64,000 nucleotides of DNA. It comes from an uncultured Gemmatimonadales bacterium (lineage in GTDB: Bacteria > Gemmatimonadota > Gemmatimonadetes > Gemmatimonadales > GWC2-71-9). The stretch spans positions 1,234,496 through 1,298,495 of the forward strand of contig CAVPHS010000001.1 of the NCBI GenBank assembly GCA_963704805.1, given 5' to 3'. The position numbers and the translations under genes were made by a program. Of the stretch, positions 55,815 to 63,393 are shown in pieces (positions within the stretch are counted from its first letter, which is position 1; each line of letters begins with the position of its first letter). The notes beneath the pieces are model-generated. The model saw only the letters and a list, made by a program, of their open reading frames with translations, was not told where the DNA came from and did no database searches.

Positions 55815-57185
55815 TGCCATAGAGCCCAACTGGCTCTCGCTGGGCTCCGCTCAGCAGAACCACGGCTCGGTGAGCCGTGCGGGGATCGGCCGCTCGGGGG
55901 GCGGGCGTCGCACGCCCCCTGCTCGTTGTTGCGCGCTGACTTCGGCGTGCAGCGCGTCCATGCGCGGGTCGGGGTGGGTCCAGCGGTAGGTGAACGCCGC
56001 GGGGTCGAGCGCGCCGAGGAAGGGCTGGATGGCGGGGCGGGTGAGCAGCGCCGAGCCTGGGGGGATGAGCAGGCGGATGGTCAGCTGCACCGGGTCCACT
56101 TGATCTACGAGGTCCCTCGCGTGAAAGAAGTCCACCAGATCGCGGTAGCTGTCGAGTGTTTCCCACGGCGTGAACGGGATCAGCGAGGGGCGCAGCGGGA
56201 TGCCGGCGCGGCGCGTCAGGTCGAACGCGGTAAGCGCGTCGGCGCGGGTGTGGCCTTTCTCTAATTCCGAGAGCACGACGTCGCTCAGCGACTCGACGGC
56301 CGACACGATGAACGCGCAGCCCGTCCGGGCGAATTCCGGGAGATGCGCGCGGTGGCGGAGCAGGTGCTCGATCTTGGCCGTGAAGTCGTAGGTGACGCCG
56401 GGGAATTCGGCGTGCAGCGCGCGGACCAGCTTCAGCGCGTGGCCGGGGCCGTTCAGGAAGTCGGGGTCGCCGAAGGTGATGTGTCCCGCGCCGGCGGCGA
56501 CTAGGCGGCGGATATCAGCAAGGACGATCTCGGGCGGCACGACAAAGAATCGCCCGTCGTAGACGGGAGGAATGGGGCAGTGGAGGCAGTGGTGCAGACA
56601 CCCTCGACTTGCCTCGACGTAACCCGCTGGAATCTCGACTTCATTGCGCTGGAGTTTGACATACCTGGTGAGCCCTGGCAGCGAGGCGCGACTGGGAGCT
56701 GGAAAGTCGAGGCGTTTGCGTGCGGCGTGCGGCGTGTGGCGTGGCGATTCACCACGTTCGAGGCGATCGACGTGCTCGACGAACTCCTCCTCGAATTCCC
56801 CTCCGAAAACCTCATCAGCCAACCCGCCCAGGAGGTAGTCCGCGTTGAGCAGGGCGTAGAGGCCGTGAAACACGATGCGGCAGCGCGGGTTTTCGCGGCG
56901 GATCCGCTCGGCGGCGCGGACGCCCAGGCGCAGCGCGGTGTGCATCGGGACCGCGATGGCGACCAGTTGGGCGCGGCGGATCTTGGTGTCGTCCCAGGGC
57001 TCGAGCGCGAGGTCGAGGGAGTCGGGCGCGAAGCCGGCGCGCTCGAGGAAGGCTTTGGGCCAGGCGATGCCGAGAGGCTGGTGGCCGAGCTCGTAGCAGG
57101 AAAGCAGGACGATCGCGCCGGGGTCGCGGAGGGGGGGCGAGGCCGGGGCCTGGGTGGTCTGGATTGCGACGTCGGGTATGGCCAT
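55797..57185 (-). CDS. B12-binding-domain radical SAM protein, candidate selenoprotein (C-U-A-E-P tail with in-frame TGA at 55851-55853)
   Basis: The radical SAM motif CLHHCLHC (CX3CX2C) is present. The tracked ORF stops at TGA after ...EPWFC, and the next codons read AEP. A 9-bp hairpin lies 3 nt downstream. The frame then runs to a TGA at 55797. The start is 57185 (MAIPD) or 57314. Confidence 0.7.
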
Positions 57186-57249
57186 CGATATGAAGTTAAT
57201 CCGGCCTCGTTGGTGCAGCTCCCGCATCACTTCGGCTGGGCAGCTCTCG

Positions 57250-57480
57250 CCAAGGCCGCCGGGGCCAAGGACCGCGTCGCCGAGTTGGCGAAGGATCTCC
57301 TCGCGCATTTCCAAAGCCGGATTGCAACGCTCGACGGTAAAGGGATGGTTGTGTGTATGACGCGGCGAACTGCGTCCGGGTATTCGACGCGCTCACTGCG
57401 CTGCCAGGGTGCCCTGAGGTAAAGGTGGTGATGACCGGAGACCTCGGCATAGACCCGCCGCAGTGGAGCGAAGCCGGCGT
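57250..57480 (+). pseudogene. hsdR: fragment of a type I restriction enzyme R subunit (hsdR) with one frameshift
   Basis: LAKDLLAHFQSRIATLDGKGMVVCMTRR is followed in another frame by CVRVFDALTALPGCPEVKVVMTGDLG. This resembles the HsdR segment ...MDGKAMIVCMSRRICV.LY..I..LRP......IKVVMTGS as I recall it. Confidence 0.45.
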
Positions 57481-57657
57481 TCTACCCAGCCCTGATACCG
57501 AGCGGCGAGATAACCTAAGCCGGCAGCAAGGATGGCAAGGATTCCGCCTGCCAGGATGTCTGAATCCATAGAGATGTTTTGGAGACCGTGGCCGCCCGGT
57601 GAACTAGAAAGACCTGCCTATTCACCACTTCCTCGATCATCATAATCGCTGAGCATG

Positions 57658-57782
57658 TTTGCCGTAATGTTTGCCGTTCCATGTCCGCCAATGCCTACCA
57701 ATATGGTCACTGCGCGCATGTAAGTGCATATAAAACAACGGCCCCGCATGGAGGCCGTTGCATTCAAATCCCGCCGTCCCGA
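57658..57782 (+). repeat. conserved ~126-nt element, copy E (last of the array)
   Basis: It has the same boundaries and the same 3' 20-mer. Confidence 0.85.
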
Positions 57783-57831
57783 CTCGAGTAAACCAACGGC
57801 GCGATCGTCGCTTGACGGTCGAGCCGTGCGT

Positions 57832-59712
57832 TCAGCTAGACTCGAGCCCCACCGCCCCCGCCGGCCGCAGCCCCGCCAAAAGGCGCTCATAACGCGGATT
57901 GCCATGCAGGGCGTCGAACTCCGGCCGACGCAGCGCGGCCCAGAGGTAGGGGACGGGTGACGCGCGCTCCAACCGATCCAGTGCGGCCGCTGTATCGCCC
58001 ACCGCCACCAACGCCGCCATGACGAGCCAATGCTCGGTCCGCCCCGGCCAGTGCGCAGTCAGGGCCCGAGCTCGGGTGCTGTCTCCCGCGCGGGCGAGGA
58101 CAGTGGCGAGCACGCTTTCCATAACCATGTCCCCAGGCTGCAGCTGGTTGGCCAGCTCAGCGTCCTCCTGAGCTCCGCGCACGTCGCCCGCCCGAAGGCG
58201 GGCTAACGCCCGCCACCGCCGCGAGAAAGCCGAGCCAGGGTCGAGCGCGACGGCGCTGTCGGTCAGCGCCACGGCGAGCGCGGTTTCGCGAACGTGCGTC
58301 CACGCCAGATCGACGAAGGAGATCGCGCGTCCCGGATCGAGCGCGAGCGCCAGGCGCTGCTCCCGATCGGCCTCATCGGACCGCCCGAGCCAGTTGAGGA
58401 TCGAGCCGTATTGATGGTGCGCCTCTGCGTTCTTGGGGTCGAGGGCGATGGACTGCTCGAACGCCTGCACCGAGCCGTCCAAGGTGCGGGGGTGGGCGAA
58501 GGCGAGGAGGTAGCCGCGTGCCATCCAGGCGTCGGAGCAGGTCGAATCGCGGCGCAGCGCGCGGTCGGCGACGGCGAGCCCGCGGATTGCCAGGCTCTCG
58601 ATCGGTGTGTCAGGCAGCCGATAGTGGTTGCCGCGCGCGATCGCGTGCGCGTAGGCCGCTCGTCCGATCGCCGCGGCAAACCCGGAGTCGAGCCGCTCGG
58701 CTTCCCGATACTCAGCGAGGGCCCGGGCGGTCCCATCCGGTGACCGGCGCGCCAGAAAGAAGTTGCCTCGCAGAAAATGGTCGTAGGCAGCCGGGCTCTG
58801 GGTGCGCACCGCGCCTAGCACGGTTTCCCACGACGAGGCCGAGCCGCCCACGTGCAGCGCCACCTCCCGGGCGATGACCGAGGGCAACGCGAGCAGCTCG
58901 TCCGGCGACCGATCGAACACGTCGCCCCACGCCGCAAGCGCCGTCGTCCCATTCAGGAGCCGGATCGACACCCGGACGCGCGCGCCCACGCGCCGCACAT
59001 TGCCGTCCACCAGGTAGCGCACACCGAGCGCACGGGCGATCGCCGGCACGTCGCCCGGCGACGCCCGCTGCGCGCGCCGCACCACGCCGGGCGACTTCAC
59101 CTGCACACTTGCCACGCTGCCGAGGAGGCTCGTGAGGTCTTCCGTCAAGCCGTCGGCCAGATAGGCGTCGGCCGTGTCGCGTGCTGCGAAATACAGCACG
59201 GCGACTCCGTTCGCGACATCGGCCCCCGGCGCAGTTGCCTGGGGACGGCTCCAGGGATGCCACAGGCCGGCGATGGATGCGAGGGCGACCGCACCCGCGA
59301 TGACGGCAACCGTGGCTGCCCTGGACGGGTGCTCCTCAGAACGGACACTCGGCACCGCTTCCGAGGCGACCACGGCATCGATCGGCGCGATGAACCGGTA
59401 CCCGCGACGCGGCAGCGTCTCCACCAGTCGCGGGTTCTCGGCCGAGTCGCCCAGGGCGCTGCGGAGTCTGTGAATCGCTTTGTCGAGGCCGACATCGAAT
59501 TCCACAAACGTGCCGGCGGGCCAAATCGTCTGGCGCAGGTCCTCCCGCGTCACCACTTCGCCGGGATGCTCCAGGAGGAGCGCCAAGATCCGAAACGGCT
59601 GCTGCTGCAGCTTGATTTTGATCCCCTGCTTGAAGAGCTCGCCCGCATGAAGGTCGACTTGGAACACGCCGAACCGGACGACTCGTCGAGCAGATCGCTG
59701 GGGATTCTCCAC
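57832..59712 (-). CDS. CadC/OmpR-type winged-helix regulator with one TM helix and a C-terminal TPR region
   Basis: The N-terminal region FGVFQVDLHAGELFKQG..IKLQQQPFRILALLLEHPGEVVTREDL...LPRRGYRF is present. Confidence 0.8.
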   Translation of the reverse strand: MENPQRSARRVVRFGVFQVDLHAGELFKQGIKIKLQQQPFRILALLLEHPGEVVTREDLRQTIWPAGTFVEFDVGLDKAIHRLRSALGDSAENPRLVETLPRRGYRFIAPIDAVVASEAVPSVRSEEHPSRAATVAVIAGAVALASIAGLWHPWSRPQATAPGADVANGVAVLYFAARDTADAYLADGLTEDLTSLLGSVASVQVKSPGVVRRAQRASPGDVPAIARALGVRYLVDGNVRRVGARVRVSIRLLNGTTALAAWGDVFDRSPDELLALPSVIAREVALHVGGSASSWETVLGAVRTQSPAAYDHFLRGNFFLARRSPDGTARALAEYREAERLDSGFAAAIGRAAYAHAIARGNHYRLPDTPIESLAIRGLAVADRALRRDSTCSDAWMARGYLLAFAHPRTLDGSVQAFEQSIALDPKNAEAHHQYGSILNWLGRSDEADREQRLALALDPGRAISFVDLAWTHVRETALAVALTDSAVALDPGSAFSRRWRALARLRAGDVRGAQEDAELANQLQPGDMVMESVLATVLARAGDSTRARALTAHWPGRTEHWLVMAALVAVGDTAAALDRLERASPVPYLWAALRRPEFDALHGNPRYERLLAGLRPAGAVGLESS

Positions 59713-59920
59713 GAAATCTCCTACTAGGACCGCAGCCTAATGTACCGATTCATTCGAAGCGCCGCGCCGGATCAGCTGCCGCCGTAATCGTCGGTCCTCC
59801 AGCCATTTAGCGAGTCAGCATCGGGTCTGCCACGAGTCAGGTGCGCGCCATGGAGCGCTCGGGGGCGTCCGCCTACTCTACCATATCGGCGTATCCACCA
59901 TCTCACAGAGGTAACGAATC

Positions 59921-61174
59921 ATGTTCAAACGAATGCTCGTGCTCGGCCCGGCCGCGCTCCTTGCCGTCGCGTGCGGCATTGACCGCCCCCTCCCGAGCGA
60001 CCCGACCGCGTCCAACGCGAGCCTGGCCTTCTCCGCGGTCAAGTTCCGGGACGCCGGCGCAGCGGTCAGCTGGAACCAGTTGGCCACCGACCTCGCAGCA
60101 GCGGCGCCAGCGCCAGGAATCAACTCGACGCGCCTGTACGCCTACCTCTCGCTCGCGCAGTTCCGCGCTGCTGAGGCGGCACAGGCAGCCCATGGGGCGC
60201 ACCACCCGATCGCGGCGGCTATCGGTGGCGCTTCGGTCGCCGTGCTGGGCTCGTTCTTCCCCAGCAGCGTCGCTCAGCTCGAAGCGGCGCTCGACGCGCA
60301 ACAGGCTTCCGACCCGCGGCGCGGCGCGAAACATGCGAATTTCGCCGCCGGTGAAGCGATCGGTCGGGCGGCCGGGGCGCTGGTGCTCACCTTCGCGCAG
60401 GGCGACCTCGTTGGGCTCACGAATCCACTGGTCCCACCTATCGGGCCGCCACCCGTCGGACCGGGCCACTGGATCTACGCTCCTCCTCCCCTGGTCTCAC
60501 GCGGCAACCTCGGCGCGCGTCCGTTCTTTCTTACGTCCCAGGATCAGCTGCGGCCGGCTCCGCCACCCGCGTTCGGAAGCGCTGCTTTCAACGCAGCACT
60601 GGATGAGGTTTATCAGGTCTCGGTCCACCGGACCCAGGAGCAGATCGACATCGCGAACTACTGGAACGTGAACCAGTCGCCGCGCTCCCAGGCCGCCTTC
60701 ATGGGAGTCGCGCGCGAGCTGATCGTTGCGCACCACCGCAACGACGCGGAGGCCGCGCGGATTCTGTTCCTTATGAGTGCGGCAGCCTTCGACGCGAACA
60801 TCGGATGCTCCGATGCCAAGTTCTACTACTGGTTCATCCGGCCCCCCCAGGCGAACACGGCAATCGTGACCGTGTTCCCGACGCCGCAGCACCCGTCGTA
60901 CCCGTCCGCTCACTCCTGTTTCTCGGGCGCGTTGAGCGACGTACTCACCGCCGCATTCCCACGCGAGCGGGCTCGCTTGGCGGCCATGGCCGAAGAGGCA
61001 AGCCTGTCGCGGCTCTACGCAGGAATTCACTATCGATTCGACATGGAGGCCGGGCTCGAGCTGGGCCGTCGTGCTGCCGCGCTCGCGCTTGCCGCAGACC
61101 TCGACGAGGTCGCCCCGGGGACCAGGTATAGGCCGCCTCGCCCACGCCATCACTCACACGATCGCGACCGCTGA
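59921..61174 (+). CDS. PAP2-superfamily / vanadium-dependent haloperoxidase-like secreted protein
   Basis: HPSYPSAHSCFSGA and SRLYAGIHYRFD motifs are present. Confidence 0.7.
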   Translation: MFKRMLVLGPAALLAVACGIDRPLPSDPTASNASLAFSAVKFRDAGAAVSWNQLATDLAAAAPAPGINSTRLYAYLSLAQFRAAEAAQAAHGAHHPIAAAIGGASVAVLGSFFPSSVAQLEAALDAQQASDPRRGAKHANFAAGEAIGRAAGALVLTFAQGDLVGLTNPLVPPIGPPPVGPGHWIYAPPPLVSRGNLGARPFFLTSQDQLRPAPPPAFGSAAFNAALDEVYQVSVHRTQEQIDIANYWNVNQSPRSQAAFMGVARELIVAHHRNDAEAARILFLMSAAAFDANIGCSDAKFYYWFIRPPQANTAIVTVFPTPQHPSYPSAHSCFSGALSDVLTAAFPRERARLAAMAEEASLSRLYAGIHYRFDMEAGLELGRRAAALALAADLDEVAPGTRYRPPRPRHHSHDRDR

Positions 61175-61338
61175 TTTTGGCGGCACGACTGTAGCTACCA
61201 TCTCGAATCGCTGCTCGCTGCGCTGCGTGCCGCGCTACCGAGTCTCGCATTGAGACGGACGCCCAACTCCAATTCATTCGCCGGTAGCGGCCTAAGAACC
61301 CCCGCCGCTTGGTACACTCCGTGCCTACGTGAGCAGGC

Positions 61339-61625
61339 GTGGACATCCCACGCGCTCCAACCAAGAACCGCAAGCGGTACGTCCAGGCGGGGATCGCCGC
61401 CGGCGGTCTGATCCTCTTCACGATTCTCCTCGCCAGCTTGAAACCCGCGGCGCCCAGCGTGGACCGCGAAGTCGTCTCGCTCGACGGCGTGCGCCGCGGC
61501 ACGATGGTGCGTGAGGTCCGCGGTCCGGGCACGCTCGTCCCTGAGCACATCCGCTGGATCTCGGCGCTCACCCCCGCGCGGGTCGAGCGCATCTTCGTTC
61601 AACCGGCGGGCAACGTCCCCTCGGC
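61339..61625 (+). pseudogene. 5' fragment of a HlyD/MacA-type efflux adaptor gene
   Basis: The typical N-terminus (KRYVQAGIAAGGLILFTILLASL...VRRGTMVREVRGPGTLVPEHIRWISALTPARVERIFVQPG) breaks off near 61625, where the convergent gene begins. Confidence 0.45.
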
Positions 61626-61654
61626 GACAGCTTCGGGTACCACCTCTCATCGTC

Positions 61655-62347
61655 TCACGCCGCCTCCGCCCCAACGCCCCGAATCTCCCCCACCACCGTC
61701 TCCATCTCGGTCTTCGCCCGACCCGGCCCCCCCACCTTCCGTGCGCCCAACCACGCCGCCCTCAGGTCGGCGCTGTCCCAGAACCGGTACCGCACCAGCC
61801 CGTCGAGCACCCGCACACGCGCGCTGATCTGCGCGGCCACAGCCCACAAATCCGCCGTCGCCCCGACGTGCTCGCGCCGCGCCGCCCGCGTCGCCTCCAA
61901 CGTCTGCTCGAACACGACCACCGTTGCCGCGAGATCGCCCAGCAGCTCGGCCGACATCCCGTGGCTCACGAACAGCTCCTTCAGCTCTGTCGCCTTCTCG
62001 AGTATCCCGCGCGCCAGTGTGAGGAACGCGAGATCGGGGACACGAACACGCGGCAGCTTGAAATGCGCCGCGAGCCCCGCGTGGTCCTTCACCGCCAACC
62101 TCGCCACCCCAGACAGATAGTGCAGCAGCGTGCTCTGCAACTCGCGCCGCACCGCCGCGCGCCGGACCGTAGACGCGCGCATCGCGACCAGCCCCGAGCG
62201 CTGCTGTAGCGCGAGCACATCCACCCGCTCGAGTAACCCCTCGAGCCGCCCCAGCGTCGTCGTGCTGTCTCCGTCGGTCCGATGGGCCCGCAGGAAATCG
62301 CGCACCCGCTCAGCCATGTCGAAGCGCCGCCGCAATACCGCGTTCAT
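61655..62347 (-). CDS. hypothetical protein (230 aa)
   Basis: It is a clean ORF. GGAGGAA lies upstream of the ATG at 62347. No motif was recognised. Confidence 0.5.
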   Translation of the reverse strand: MNAVLRRRFDMAERVRDFLRAHRTDGDSTTTLGRLEGLLERVDVLALQQRSGLVAMRASTVRRAAVRRELQSTLLHYLSGVARLAVKDHAGLAAHFKLPRVRVPDLAFLTLARGILEKATELKELFVSHGMSAELLGDLAATVVVFEQTLEATRAARREHVGATADLWAVAAQISARVRVLDGLVRYRFWDSADLRAAWLGARKVGGPGRAKTEMETVVGEIRGVGAEAA

Positions 62348-62371
62348 TGTTCCTCCTTCCTTTCATATCGT

Positions 62372-62451
62372 CCCCCCTCTCCCGACGGGAGAGGGGGTCA
62401 GGGGGTGAGGTTCCCCCCTCTCCCGACGGGAGAGGGGGTCAGGGGGTGAGG
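62372..62451 (+). repeat. two tandem copies of the GC-rich hairpin repeat
   Basis: CCCCCCTCTCCCGACGGGAGAGGGGGTCAGGGGGTGAGG occurs at 62372-62410 and 62413-62451. Confidence 0.9.
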
Positions 62452-62936
62452 ACCCCGACAGCCGTATGGTTGTGGAATAATCGCGCCACGCCGCTCCGTG
62501 CTCGCGCACGCATTGTCCCACTCCGCTGTGTCCTGCGTCGAGGACGCAATCCGAGGGCAGGGGAGCGCCGTAGCCCGCTCAACGCTCCCGTTTTCGCGCG
62601 CAAGGACAGCCGTGCGTTGAATGATCTCGATGTCTTCTTGCGTTACGCAGGCGCGCGCCGGATCGACACACATCGTCGCCGGCAACCGGGCGGCGCATCG
62701 GTGCTCAAGGCCGGCGTTGTGGAGGTCGAGGAAAGCTGACGCCTGCAAAACGTCGTCGGTTTCCCCAACGAACAGCGCTCGCGCCCACATAACGGCGACC
62801 TGGCAGCGCTGAGCCGACGCGCATCGCTGATCGCAGGAATCACGAGAGCACACTCTGAACGCCTGTTCTCGCAAAACGGACCCGTATCGGCGCGTACCGG
62901 AGGCGTACACCCGCACAACGGAGCGTTTGCGAAGAG

Positions 62937-62966
62937 TTGACACCGAGTGCGCTGGCATGGTACAAC
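62937..62966 (+). promoter_or_regulatory. sigma-70-like promoter candidate for the aspartic protease gene
   Basis: TTGACA (62937-62942) is followed by an 18-nt spacer and TACAAC (62961-62966). AGGAG and an ATG at 62990 lie downstream. Confidence 0.35.
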
Positions 62967-62989
62967 TCGGCAGGTTACCAGGAGCGATC

Positions 62990-63382
62990 ATGACGGACGA
63001 TATGGGACTCTTTCGAGTCGACATCGCAGTCGAGAATCCCGCGCGCCCAGGCGAGCGGCGCCCGGTCAACGCCGTCCTCGTCGATACCGGTGCCGAGCTG
63101 TCCTGGATCCCCGCCACTGTCCTCGATCCGCTCGGGATCGAGCGCTACGAGCAGCGGCGATTCCGCCAGGCCAACGGTACGGTCCTGGAGCGGTGGACCG
63201 GACACGCCTTGATCTACCTGGCAGGCAAGCGCACCGCCGACGACGTCGTCTTCGGGGAACCCGGTGACCTCGTGTTGCTCGGCTCGCGCACGCTGGAGGG
63301 GCTGAACGTGCGCATCGAGCCCGTCACCAAACAACTCGTGGATGCGGGACCGGCACCTGCTGCCGCGGTCCTCACGCCCTGA
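62990..63382 (+). CDS. retropepsin-like (clan AA) aspartic protease
   Basis: The active-site context VLVDTGAELSWIP is present. The protein is 130 aa. Confidence 0.7.
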   Translation: MTDDMGLFRVDIAVENPARPGERRPVNAVLVDTGAELSWIPATVLDPLGIERYEQRRFRQANGTVLERWTGHALIYLAGKRTADDVVFGEPGDLVLLGSRTLEGLNVRIEPVTKQLVDAGPAPAAAVLTP

Positions 63383-63393
63383 CGGAGGTGGCC

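Noticed and set aside
56580-57422. 280-aa plus-strand ORF opposite the radical SAM gene.
   Set aside because: It is antisense to a gene with a clear CX3CX2C motif. Only its last ~45 codons (the hsdR-like fragment) appear meaningful.
43713-57782. Whether the 126-nt elements are tRNA genes or pseudo-tRNAs, or a CRISPR array.
   Set aside because: No cloverleaf can be drawn: only the 3' half of the T arm and the 3' acceptor strand are present, and the 5' T-stem strand is replaced by TTGAA/TTGCA. Spacing of 1.1-6.7 kb with whole genes between copies is incompatible with CRISPR. No cas genes were seen.
38951-57782. Calling the array a classical integron.
   Set aside because: The adjacent integrase belongs to the 42-bp-repeat island. 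I cannot verify IntI-specific features. The cassettes are multi-gene and in both orientations. The sites are conserved in their centre, unlike attC. Only an analogy is proposed in the findings.
62398-63117. 239-aa minus-strand ORF spanning the region between the tandem hairpin repeats and the aspartic protease gene.
   Set aside because: Its ends run through the repeat (…PHPLTPSPVGRGG) and through the protease gene on the opposite strand. The central part (62500-62900) might hide a small real gene, but I see no motif, so it is left unannotated.
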